Source: Acanthaster planci
Taxonomy: Eukaryota
Length of the DNA stretch: 44,271 nt
NCBI RefSeq assembly: GCF_001949145.1
Contig: NW_019091358.1
Location: forward strand, 2,366,240-2,410,510
Direction of reading: 5' to 3'
The notes under the pieces are model-generated. The model saw only the letters and a list, made by a program, of their open reading frames with translations. It was not told where the DNA came from and searched no databases. How positions within the stretch are numbered: position 1 is the first letter of the stretch; every line of letters starts with the position of its first letter. Made by a program: the position numbers and the translations under genes. Shown piece by piece: positions 21,451-33,713 of this stretch.

Positions 21451-24400
21451 CAGCTGCAGTTGTTTGGTTAGAATGCTAGACTCAATGGACACGTAGTGTT
21501 ATTGAAATAAGAATTGCGACGTCGGCTGATCGGTCTACACTGAAGATGATTCTTGCTGCACAGTTCGATTTTTGTTTTTATTTATTTACTTTAAGTTCAT
21601 ACAGTGGGTCCACATTTCCCCATTGAAAAATTTCTGCGAAAGGGTTGGGAGCTGGCTACTACCAAGTATCTACAAAACAGAGAATCATCAAAGAAAAGGA
21701 AATTAAGAGCAGCAAAATAATTCAATTTCTAGCAGATTTTTATTCACAAATAAATATTACAATTAGGCTTCTCCCTGGAATGATACCACTGCTTTGCTCT
21801 TGAATTAGGAAAGTTGTATCAGCATAAAAACCAAACAGACATCAACCATGTTATACATGGCAAATACAAAACTAAGTTCACCTATAACACAAAGGTGAAT
21901 TTTCACGGGCTCCATTATACGGACCCCTTAAATTGACTGGTACGAAAGTCCATTACTGTACGTAGATAGATCTCATGCAGGATAGATAGTGATGGTATAT
22001 CAGGAGAGACTAACGGAAGAATAATTTATCATGGAAAATCGTATTGTGACAAAGACATGTTCAGGGCTTAGTACTCCTACACTCTCAATAAAACACAACC
22101 TTCAATGGAATTAAGACCGAAGCTTAAAGCCCAGAGAGCGGCTTATGCTGAAACGAGATTTCAATGTTGGATATAAATTTGAGAAAACTAATATGAACTT
22201 CGATGCTCAGGATAAAAAAAAAGATGTTCTCCCTAGGGCCCTGGTCATGATCCCTTGTTTCATTTAGTATCCACCCCTAGCGCAAGTGAAAGTAAAAACA
22301 GTGAATACGACTTCATACAAAAGCAGCATGTTCCTGTAAGAATCCTGTACGTGAAACTGTGGAATACACAGAAATGTTGCTCACTATTGTGGGTATGGAA
22401 TGTATGCATTTGAAGAGCTTGCCGCTAAACTGGAAACACCTAGCTTGTCAAGGTACCACCTAATTGAGTTGTTTCCATCCGTTCAGATAATTGCACTATT
22501 AAACTTGAATAAAAATGCAATGGTCAAACAAGCGTTAGCACTGAATAATTCAAATACAAACCAGGCGAAAAGTAATACGGCAGTGCGAAGTAAAAACAAG
22601 AACCCAGTATCTGGGTAACAAATGACCAAAAAATGGAAAAAAAATCTGCACTGCAGAAACATTTAAGTAGATAACCACATTCACTTCATACTCACTGAAA
22701 GTAGTTTTTTCCCTTTTGTTATACCCGGTAGAAGGCAATTTGTAGAGTATAAGAAAATTTTATATCTATACTTCAAACTGGAGAACCGCTCCATCTTGAT
22801 AACGTTTTCAAGTGGTCTATACACGTCTGTTCCAGAAAAACAATTAACCAGATCTCAGATCGGTGGAATCAGTCACTAATGTGCGACTGCGTGCCTCATT
22901 TTAACGTTGTCATGGAGTGTAAACCTAGCGCTTCATGTGATAGACTATTACACAGCGTTTTGCCTAGAAGAGACCGAGTTTGCTCAGAGACCATACATCT
23001 ATCTGCGAACTGAACCTTGCTCCGTTTGTCGTGTAATTCATTTTAAAGATAGCTATTCTGTCCCATCAAAAATTTTTTAACGCATTGGCCCGTACGGAAT
23101 CTAATGAATACGAGTAAAAAGAGCAGAAGCACAGACTATTTAATATTGCCAATGGCCATTAACCTATCAAGAAATGAAACTTTTCCGTTGTGGGTGTTCT
23201 AGGTGCATTGCTCACGTCAATTTGAGGGGAAAAAAGGGAAAGCACTCAGAAAAAAAAAGTTGTTCCGTGCTAGGTATTTTCAAAGACACCATGGCTGGGT
23301 TCCCGAATTTTACTTTGCAGTGGTGCTTGCGGGTGAATACTTTTTTAATGTAAAAACTCAACTCTAGTGCTTTTGAAAGTCCTGCTGTGTTTACAAAAAG
23401 TTGTCACAGTTTGATGCCACTGCATTGGAAGACACCCCCATCAGCCTAACAGCGCAAGCAATCCAGCTCGGGCACCTGCAATCATTGACAAATCTCGTTG
23501 GGCCTCCAACTCTCGACGCCCTTTCAAATTAACTAAGCACATCAGTTTGAACAGCTATGGGCAGAAATGCCACGGTGCATTGTCTACGGTGCACTCGTGC
23601 AAAATAGTTGTGACCGTACACCATAGAGTCTATGCTGTACACGCACAATACAAAACGAATAATTATCTTGCTTTTTCTTACACAATTTGTCCGAAACGTA
23701 CATTTGTCTATAACAGTCGACTGTCAGTTTTGTTTTTCACAAACGACAGAAAACACATGCCAAACAGCACAGTAGACACATACAGAACTGTGAACCAATT
23801 CAGACAATCCTGGCCAAATCTCATTGGTCTCCAACCCCCCCCCCTCTCAGAGTTGGGTGTCGACAACATTGAGCAGGTGATTGGGGGACCTGGGGAACTA
23901 TTGGTACTAACAGCTTTTGCCATGATTGTGGAACATCATCATTCTGATCTATGGTGTGGACTGTGAAAGAGTGACTGATGAGAAAAGGGAAGTATGAATA
24001 GGAAGAAGCACACTGACTTATTCACATCAACATTTCACACAAATGAAAATACAACGTACGGTCTACAGTGTTGAATGACAGGAAAAGTGCTTGTTCAACC
24101 ACATCTTTAAAGAGAAGGAATTTGCTGTAAAGAGGTTTTCTTCACAGTACAATGTGTCTGAAGAGCTATACACCCACGTCAGAATCTCCACAAAACACGT
24201 TATTTTGCATAACTATTGGATTCCTGATTTGGCTGTCATTTTATCCGAGTAAAGAAAACGAGCGAAAACGCCCCCCCCCAAAAAGGGCACAAATGGCATG
24301 TCATTCACATAATACTGTGAACTACCTCAGTTATGTAGACAGGTGTATTGACGTGGTCTGTGGACTTGCCCATATTGGCGCCCTTTCATATAAAAAACAG

Positions 24401-24584
24401 TAAAGTGAAGTTGCCAAGAAGAACATTTAATGTTGACGAAAACTGTATGTGTAAATGTGGGGTTTTTTGCTACGTGATGCACTATTGTAGCGTTTTAATC
24501 ACTCTGTCTTTACGCAGCTACATTATGTGCAGTAAGGATACTGATTTTGTTATCTCCTTAATATGAACCGTGAAAAGCAATACT

Positions 24585-24650
24585 ATCTGAAATGGCCGAA
24601 TGGTTATCAGAATGTTAGACGGTGGGTTCGAGTCCCTGGGGTGCTTTTTA
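24585..24650 (+). pseudogene. tRNA-derived relic (SINE head or tRNA pseudogene) with Pol III A and B boxes
   Basis: A-box TGGCCGAATGG (24593-24603), B-box GGTTCGAGTCC (24625-24635), then TTTTT (24645-24649). Box spacing is ~12 nt shorter than in a tRNA and no cloverleaf or anticodon arm is evident. Confidence 0.4.
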
Positions 24651-24688
24651 TATTTCCAACGCTAGGCTCCAGGTCAGTAGCTATAAGA

Positions 24689-24786
24689 GTGGTGGTGGCG
24701 GTGGTGGTGGCTGTGGTGGTGGCGGCAGCGGCAGCCGCAGCCGCAGCGGCAGTAGTAGTGGTAGTAGATCATGATCATGGTGATGA
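24689..24786. repeat. Compound trinucleotide microsatellite (GTG/GCG/GCA/GTA/GAT-like)
   Basis: GTGGTGGTGGCGGTGGTGGTGGCTGTGGTGGTGGCGGCAGCGGCAGCCGCAGCCGCAGCGGCAGTAGTAGTGGTAGTAG...; explains the poly-V/A and poly-P ORFs at 24563-24932. Confidence 0.9.
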
Positions 24787-25418
24787 CTGGCATATACGGC
24801 AAAGTGGTGCCCTGCGTTGCCATATGCTGTATCGTCAGCGTCACTCGTAGGTATGGATGTCAAATCAATAACGCTTTTAGTTTTACCCCTTCGTCGCTGC
24901 AGAACGGGCATAGCCCATGGAATTTCCCCCACGGTAACCCACGTAATACTTTATTTTGATCTGACTGAAACTTAATGTTGTCATTTTAGTTAATCTGTGC
25001 CTCATATCTATATATCTATATATCAATATCGGAATTCGGAGTTACAAAAATGGCACGGCACAAAGTCACCATTACATAGTCAGATATGTCCCCTTTCTAA
25101 CTCAAATAGAATACTGCCAAAATGTACCTGTCATTTTTCAACATTTTCTAAAAGTCAAATAGAAGTACTGACCATTCCATATTTCCCCAGGTGCTGAGCA
25201 CGAAAATGGCATGATGGACACTGTAAGTTGTTTCTGTACCAAAATGGGCCCTTTGCATCAGCAGTCAGCCAGAAAGCGCACACCAAACGGCACGGTAGAC
25301 ACAATGTTGAGTACCGGGTCAATGTGCGCGGTCTGCGCTCCGGCTGGTTATTACAACATTGACGCGAGAGTGGATGTGAAGACAGAGAGCATGTAGTGTG
25401 GACATCCGGGAGTTTCAT

Positions 25419-25581
25419 AAAATGGCGGGTAGCAACCATTCCGCACCGATGAAAACAGCTGCAACGAGCGGGCGCTTACGTACTGATCAAAGAAAAGATT
25501 GTGTAACCCGACCCCTGACTGGCTGGTGCGCGTGTACGTCGCCATGGCGGCTGTTTTCATCAGCGGGATACCTGCCACTTT
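25419..25581. repeat. Imperfect inverted repeat
   Basis: GATGAAAACAGC (25448-25459) / GCTGTTTTCATC (25550-25561) is a perfect 12-bp pair; outer AAAATGGCGGGTA (25419-25431) / TACCTGCCACTTT (25569-25581) match 11/13. Confidence 0.6.
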
Positions 25582-26111
25582 GTCAAGGACTGTAGACTGG
25601 CCCCTGCCCTCATTGTGAATGGGGACCAGTAGTTAGTTTTTATGCAACGTTCTGGTTGGCCCTTGTTTGCACGCATAATGAACAGCACTGTAAAAACCAA
25701 CGCCAAATATAAACGTGTCATTGGAATTACCTTGTGTAGATGTTTTTGTGCATTGTTACTAACACCCAAATGTGTAATTGTATCTAAATTTATAAACTTA
25801 TCAACACGTATTTGTTAAATAAATAAACACCACAATATACTTAGCTTTGGATTATTAACGCCAAAACACATTCATGAAGTGCTGCCACGAAGGGGTTTCG
25901 AGGTAGGTGACATTTTTGGTGAAATCTCAAAAACGGGACTACTGTATAATCGTAGATTATCTCACTTGAAAGAAAGTTCATAAGAGTCAGTAAAATTTCG
26001 CCAAGGATGACGTAGTTTTCAATAAAACAGAAATTTGTTCTCTTTTTTGGCGATGGTCGTTTCGTTTTATACAACATATCTCTTAACGGGCGCTGATTTT
26101 TATGTAGGCCT

Positions 26112-26197
26112 ATATTGACAAAAATATACACATACAGTCAGTTTCTGAATTGATCTCATTCAGAGCACTGACTGTATACGTGTTCTTTTGTCAATAT
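26112..26197. repeat. 86-bp near-palindrome (hairpin)
   Basis: Three nested paired blocks: ATATTGACAAAA/TTTTGTCAATAT (12 bp), ATACAGTCAGT/ACTGACTGTAT (11 bp) and TCTGAAT/ATTCAGA (7 bp), around loop TGATCTC (26151-26157). Confidence 0.85.
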
Positions 26198-29100
26198 TCT
26201 GATCACGATGCTACGCAACCCTTTTATATTTCGCCGACTTTTATGTGTAGTGTGTGCAGATGTTGTGAGAGTCTGAATGAACAGGTAATACTAAACGCAG
26301 CTAAAAACATACCGGCAGAAATTCACTAAACGCGTGGTAAACTGAAATAAGAGGAAACTGCGTGTTAGGTAAAGTAGAAAGTTAATTGGATCTTAGGGAA
26401 GTTAATTTTTTTAGGAAAGGGGGTTGTTAACGCAAAAACGTTGCAAACTCGGAATAACCCCCAGGACGTAATGGTACGGTCTGAACAGGTGGCAATATCT
26501 GAGCTGCAAAACGAGAGGATTTTCGACAACAAAAAGTACGATTTCCACACTTAAAATCACCCGTGTTTCAAGATACAATTCCCTCTTTGTCCATAATTAT
26601 GAGTCAGTTTTAGATGAAGTTTTAGATTTTCATTGACATGTAAATTGACGTGCAAATTGAAAGTGAGGTCACTAAGCATTATTGCGCACGCCCCAGCCGT
26701 ATCAGTGTCATAGACACGAGGCGACTGCATAAGCCTACTTCATTTCTGAATGAAGTTTTTCCACTAATCTGCAATGCAACCGTATATTGTCGAGGGGGCG
26801 TATTACTTCACTGATTACTCCTGTCTGTTGAATACTTTTTAAGGGAAAGTGAACCTGTCGTGCCTGTTCCCACCCTGACTCCACAGGTTTTAAGTTGTTC
26901 GCTTACTTCGAACGCCCTATACTTCATGGATTTTACGCAGGATGAATTAAAAGATCTTCGATTAACGCGGTTAAAAATTCTGCTCTATCTTTCTCGATTT
27001 TTCCACAAAGCAGTTGACTCGAACATGAAACAGTTCTAATCAGTGGAATGAAAAGTGCAGTGATTCTTATACACAGTTATCATCCTATCTTGTGAAATTA
27101 AGACTAAAAACCAAGGTGTCATCTCTCTTGCAAGGAGTTGAGACATTAACATTTATTTTGACAGTGAACTTTGTAATTTAAGTTCACACTGACATTTAAC
27201 AACATTTTGTTAATAATAGTCTTTATTTTCTCATACTTTTTGCCATTTATCAAATCCATGAAGGTCTATCTACTACCTACATACATATACTTTGCGCGAC
27301 ACCGTGGTCTTTGCCAGTGTAAACATACACTATTCTCTCTTGAAAAACAGTCTCATACTCTTCAACCAAAACAATTTTATCTACTAGTTTTTTCGGGATA
27401 GATTCTACTTTGTCACCTTTGTGTCACAATACGGTGGACCGTTACTTTCGTACTTTGGCATGTATTCCTATAAGGACGATTTCTTTACTGTATAGCAGTA
27501 GATTATTGTTTATGTAAACTTAGAGACTGGTGTCTTGTACCATGCAAAATGCCTTAATCGTTTCCCGTTTAGGTCCTACTTGTTTTAAATTGAGAAGTGG
27601 CTGGTGTCTCGTGCGTAATTTAGGAATGTTTAATGAAATGTGGAAATATTAAATGCACTTCGCTAAAAAACATCAAGCCAACATACCGAAGTTTGTTTAG
27701 ATCGAATAAAAGTTGAGGTTGCGGGCTGGAATCTGTTTATGATGAAACTTCTTCAAGGAGATCTAAAACCAATGCTGTTTTAGGGTTTAGGACTCAGGTT
27801 AATCGTAACAATTTCAAGGCCTATCTAAAACATGTAACGCCCACAAGGTACAGTGTCCCTGACCGAGACCTTGTAGGCCTATATGTTGGCACAGGTACAG
27901 CTAACTTAACACGAAACACCCTTTGGCTTCATGGAGAAGCTTTTCACTTGGTTATTAGACGACAAAGTGAACAAATTCTCTGCAGATGAAAAATCGCCTT
28001 TCTTTACATTCGAGACGCAAATTTTAGATTGCCAGACGGCAAAGTCTGGATGGATCAGTGGGACTAATGAAGCCCACGTTGTCTATATCAAATCGCAACC
28101 TGATACGCAAAAACACCAAGACACCCTATGCGGAGTGTGAAGCCTTAACAGCGGTCGGCGAGCCTGATCCATCACGGCTGACAACGTGCATCTAATTTGA
28201 TTTTAGAAACGGGATAGACTATGAACAGCTAACGATATCCAATAAGTACCTCGTCGTTCTCAGTAAAACGCAAAGGGGGGACTTGACGCCTTCAAAACCC
28301 ACTTTGCTGCCTCAGTAACGACCGCGGCGCGATGCACAAACCTCCATTGCAGGCTTTTATGAGTATAACATCAGGCTAGTTAATTGTTTCATCTAAACAC
28401 CAAACATTGAAAGTTTACGACACAAACAGTGAAAAATAATAACCCATCTTGTGTAAAGGCAGTGGAGTAGAAAGAGAGGAGTTACTTCCGCGTTTTATAC
28501 CTACTCAGCTCTTCATAACGCTTTGATAACCCGTCTACCACCAGAAGCGGGCATCCTGGTTTTCTGTCCGGGGACAGATTTTTTTTCGTAAATGATTGTC
28601 ATTTTCTTATCGTTAAAAGACCCCGCCCTTCCAGAGAACGGAGCTCACACATTTGTTAAGCTGTTATTCCATTACAAATCATAGCATTTAAAGATAAGCC
28701 ACCAATTTCAACCATCCACATACAAAGACTTTTTTCAGGCTGAAGGTAACAGATTTAAGCATTTTGCACTCTTATGTGAATGACCATCAAGTTGTTTTGA
28801 GGGGTCCTCTATGGCCTACCCTAAGAGGTAAAATCCCCATAGCTCTGATGTGGTATAGGCAATGGAACATTTTGTGATGGTATTCCGTGTCTTCGTTTTG
28901 GGAAGGGAAAAGGAGAATGAAATGAGTATGAACAGATGGACCACTAGGAAGTGGTAAACTCACCAATGAGCTGGCTTCTTAGAACTAGTTTCCTGCCAGT
29001 GAACCATGGTTTCAACGATGATGCCGATACTGATCGCTGTTCAGAAAATTAACCCAAGGATCTCAAAGACTTGCCACACGTCCACTTGTTTTACAGCACG

Positions 29101-30208
29101 GCGTGCAGTAACACCTGACAAGAGGTAAACAGAAACATCAGAATTCAATCCTTGTGGGTGTAATTTTTTTCAAAAGTAGACTTACTTTTGAAATCCAGAA
29201 GCTTATATAACGTTGGTTGTTAGCCTAAATGAATAAGGCTCCCGGCCGTTTTTTAGTCTTTGTTCAATCGTTTGGGAACGATGAAGACACAAGAGAACGA
29301 GCAAATGGAGTCAAAGGAAGACAGTTAACCTCACGGTCGCTTACATGTCGGTTTGGAGCCATTGGGCTTGGCAGAGCGATGTAGAAATAATGCCGCTACC
29401 AAGCGACAGGGCTCACTTTTTATCAGGACAAGAAGTGGCATTGCCGTCCCATACATTTGTCGGTATCAGACAGTGTATGCCCATGGATGATGCACACAGC
29501 CCTGGGCGTCAGCGAGTCTGCCGTTCTTTTCCCACAAAACTTCTGAATAAGACTGTCTGCAACACACACGCGCACAAACTCTCTTTTTTTTTTACTGCGC
29601 ACGTTCCATAGTTCAAGCGTGGGCATGTCTCAATCAATCAATGCAGCTGCTTTGGATCTTTCCTGCGCCGGCGGCAAGACGTTGCCTACACATTGACAGC
29701 ACAATTGCAACCGTCTCCCGAACTGTCTTCTTGTCATTTGGGCGTCTTATTTCACTGACGGGCAAATGGTTTTGACAGTAACAATTTGTCTTTCAAAATG
29801 CTGTTCGCTACTTTTGGTTGTGCCAGGGTTTGCGGAGATGGAGGTGGGGCCGGGGGTTGAGGAATATTTTTCTTCTTCCACTGCTGGGCAGTAAGCTTTC
29901 CTACTTTTTCTTTTGAAACAAAAACCAATGGACATCAGCTCAAATAATTTTGGTTTATTGTAAAATACATATATAGAAGTAGACGTGCCATGAATGTTAT
30001 TTTGGATTCTCAATTTCAAGTATACCCTTAACTAATGGCACTAATCAACAGTATGGTTATGGATGTGCATACATACAGTAAAAGGTCAGTAATGAACACC
30101 GCTATACCAAATAGTCTGGCAGACCCAACATCCCCCTGCCCTCCTGAATTTTCTGCGCACTTTATCACAAACTTGCTTTAAATAAAAGAAACATCTATAA
30201 CTCGCAGG

Positions 30209-30698
30209 TTAAGGTAAATAGTAGCCATGATGGAACATCGGCTAACACGTTGCACGGTGTCTATCGTTTGTGGGTAGCATAATTAAGCCTTGTTTCCATA
30301 TCGACGTAAGAAACGCAGAAAGCAACGCTATCAAGACGCAAACCGCAACGCGGAGACATGGAAACATACCAAACGGAGGTGTCGCCGACAACAAAAACCA
30401 GCCAGCGAACGATCAGCAAAGTTGAGCCAGGTTCAACTTTGCCGAGTGTCTGCGTCGAGCCGCAGTATCCCCCATACAAACACGCATGGTAGCGTGCCTG
30501 GCGTGCAACAACTAAAGTCCCTCTCGCTTAGGTCCACCAAATTTTGCCCATTTTCTCCTTTGTGCTTAAATAATTATTACACCCCTGTGATCAACTAAAT
30601 AGCTGACCATCAATGAAATGCATGAAACTGGAGTACAGGTTTGGCATCATAAGGTGGCACAGTCAATCTAAAAGGGTAGTCTCCGATTTTACCTTTAA
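30209..30698. mobile_element. Possible TTAA-flanked (Kolobok-like) non-autonomous element
   Basis: TTAAGGTAAATAG (30209) versus reverse complement TTAAAGGTAAAATCG of the end at 30698. The TIR is short and gapped, so this could be chance. Confidence 0.25.
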
Positions 30699-32631
30699 AA
30701 AATCTTCGACACAGATAATAGATACGCAGATATACCCTAAACATTGTTTTTTACTTTACTTGCAGAAATCTTCCTAATTTCGATCTTTTTTTTTTAAATC
30801 GCTTTTATGACATTTCGCTAAGACTTACGACATGCATCCTGTATTTGAATGGTTCCCGGTGGGGCTCTTTTACTAAATAGTCATTTACCAGCAGGAACTA
30901 GTGTAACAGTACTGCATGTCGGATGTGCGTTTTACGCGACCAGTCAAAGAAAACTTGATCCCATCAAGACTACCAGAAAGTTGAAACATGAAAGGAGATG
31001 AACACACATATAGCAAAATGTAGGAATTTCAATGCTTTTATTATTTAACTTAAATGTTTGAGTATAAGTGTTGGCCCAAAATCCTCACATAGAAATATTT
31101 GTGGTCCGCTTCATGTTTGAATCGTCAGAGTTTGGAACATTTGTTTCCCGTGAGACTGTTTTCTTTGAGTGCCGAAATACAGTGCGATGGGAAGACAGAC
31201 CACTGTATTCGGAAACCTGAGAAATCGCTCTTCTGGCAGCACTCCACTTGAGCGTACTGGTCAGACGGCACCGTCTCAGGGCGGTAGCTTTGAAAACCAC
31301 CAACGCTTCCCAACACATCGGTTCGTAGCCCTGTTGAGCAGGTTTGTCAGCTGTAGGCCTACGTGCACGAAACCGCTATGTTTGGTATTCTTAATACCAC
31401 TCCACACCGTGTGGAATTTCATACAGCTTGCTGCGAATGAGCCATTTCAGTATTCCAACAGTGCATGCTCAGTACGAGGCTATTCTGGAACAGCTGTGGG
31501 CGCATCCAATAGTCTGTCCTATCAGCTGACTTTCGCTACGCTGACCCTGGCTTTTTGATTTACAGAACTGGCTCATTAAAAAGCGCCCTAAGTTTCACCG
31601 CTCTGTAAGGCACGTTTGCTTCGAACGTTTCCACTCTATTCTACCGTTGAGAGAATATTCATCTTTGGGAATATCTTCCCCTGGTTCACAGACTGCTGAA
31701 GAGACAGTTGCCGCAGGTACGGTCGTTGTGAGGTAACACAGCTCGCATAACACAGTTAGCAATTAGACAGCTGTTTAAGCACGGGATTTCATCGAATCGG
31801 CTGGGGAAAAGTGCAGCGTTACGAAACAACTGTTCCACGCAAGGAGATTTCCGCAGGCCATATTGTGCAACAGGATTGGACACAATCTCAGGGAATGGTA
31901 TAAGATTGCAGACTTAATAGCTCCTGACAAGTTGAGACTCTGCTGCTGACACCCAAACCTCGTCGAGGTCCACTGGGAGAATAACAGCCAATTCCCGTAG
32001 TCAGGGCGAGCAGCGTCTAAGTAGGCGAAGTGGACTTTAATGGTTCTCAAATTGCTATCTTTTTTTTCTGCCTGTCTCCGTTTCTGACAGCATGAACACT
32101 AAGGCTTTATATAATTCTGGGATTAAGTAACTGAGTTTCAGAAACAGGCAGAGGCTATTGAACCAAGCATAATGCAAATGAAGTGCAGCATTTTCTGAAC
32201 CTTCGTATAGTTGCTGATATTGATTATAAATTGAAATTGTCTATTGATAAACCACGGTCGAATTCCACCTCTCTCGAAGCTAATATGTAATTATCCACAA
32301 AGAGTAAAAGGAAAACGTGTTGCTTCTGTAAACACCTTAAATCGTCAGCGATCTTTTTTTAAATAATTTCCGCTTCAGTTTTAACGGTTGTTTCAATCCA
32401 TTTCTTTGTATTTAATGTTTATTATATTCACTAGGAGTCGATTTCAACCTCCAAACTTCAGAATGTATACAAAGTTCGGGGTTGACGATCGTAAGAATGT
32501 GTCTTTTCAATTTACCCACATAATGGCATCAGTTTGGCTTCTAGTCTAACCATTTTATTTTGGAGCCATTTCTCGGAATATTTGCGGGGCTCGACGTACG
32601 ACTCTCAGCTCCGTTTTAGAGCAGTCCATGT

Positions 32632-33713
32632 TGCATTGGAAGCTCAAGGCAAGAGTTGCTGGTTTAATGCACAGCTGTAGGTCCACAAGACGCCGCTCCT
32701 AGATTACATCGAGATGAGTTCAATCACCGGCATTATCGAGAGCACTCGCCAAAAAAACAAATCAATTTGATTGTGCCTGCGCTTCAATCGGCTTCGCCCA
32801 ATCGAAACTGTCGTCGCATTTTTCTCCAAAATGAGGTCAACCAATGGAGTATATTTTCAGTAAATTTTCAGTATTTTCTTGCTGCATCAAAAGCAATTTG
32901 TCTGGCATTATCACGCGCTAATGGCGTGCAGATGTGTGTGCATTAACGCGAGATTTCTCCACAGATTGTCATTTCAAATAAACAGTCATGAGTGTTTCAC
33001 AGCAATTCCAGCGTTGACAGCACCAAACTTTACATTTATTGAGTCACTCTGGAAAGGCCATTTTCGATATAAAACTAAAAAGTAATACCTGAATCATAAC
33101 GTCCTTATGTCTTGGCATCACAGCGTTTTCCATCTCAAACATCTTTCTTGTATTTCTGGTTGTGCCAATACAGGATTGGGGCAACGATGGCATTCATTAC
33201 TAAATGACAGGCGAGGAAGTATTTTTATATCCCCCGGGTTCCATATTCACATCTCCGACGCAGAGTACATCTTTGAGAATAATTCGAAATAGTCTCAGGC
33301 TTTCGTTACATACAGCGGCGCAAAACTTAAGATATTGAACCTTGCTCTGTGCACACAATTGAGGTAAAAATCGCACTTGAAATGGGCTCTCCGTACAGTT
33401 AATAGCCAGGTGGAGTGAGCCTTATACAAAGAATTTCTCTGGGACAATTATAGTTTCCCCTCGTTCTATCTTCTCACGTTGGGTGGCTTGCAGTGCAAAT
33501 CCGAGCACGCTTGTGAGTAGGTTTTACCTTTTACCCTATAAAGTGCATCGCAGATTCAAGTGGCGAATTGCCTGTGTAATAATGCACAGCTTTGGCTACG
33601 CAAGACGTCGCTCCTAGAATTACATGGAAGTGGGTTCAATGTTATTGGTACCTTCAGCAGCACTGTACGAAAAATCAATTTGGCGGTGCTCGTGCTGCAA
33701 TTGGCTGTGCCCA
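32632..33713. repeat. Diverged direct duplication of a ~170-bp block (32632-32800 and 33544-33713)
   Basis: Collinear shared blocks: TGCAT..TCAAG, TAATGCACAGCT, CAAGACG(C/T)CGCTCCTAGA, TTACAT, GTTCAAT, AGCACT, AAATCAATTTG, GTGC, GCT.CAAT.GGCT..GCCCA; offset ~912-915 bp. Confidence 0.8.

Noticed and set aside
23800..23970. Acceptor-preceded minus-strand segment with PTLRGGG (Penelope-like)
   Set aside because: No upstream GIY-YIG motifs; driven by a G homopolymer.
24563..24932. Poly-Val/Ala and poly-Pro/His ORFs resembling transcription-factor low-complexity tracts
   Set aside because: Explained by the trinucleotide microsatellite; no flanking domain.
27779..27791. TTTAGGGTTTAGG telomere-like motif
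   Set aside because: Fewer than two full units; chance.
29168..29193. AT-rich 11-bp hairpin TTTCAAAAGTA-GACT-TACTTTTGAAA (also small hairpins at ~18727, ~28563 and 38707)
   Set aside because: Short or AT-rich stems are expected by chance or as TE internals; no supporting context.
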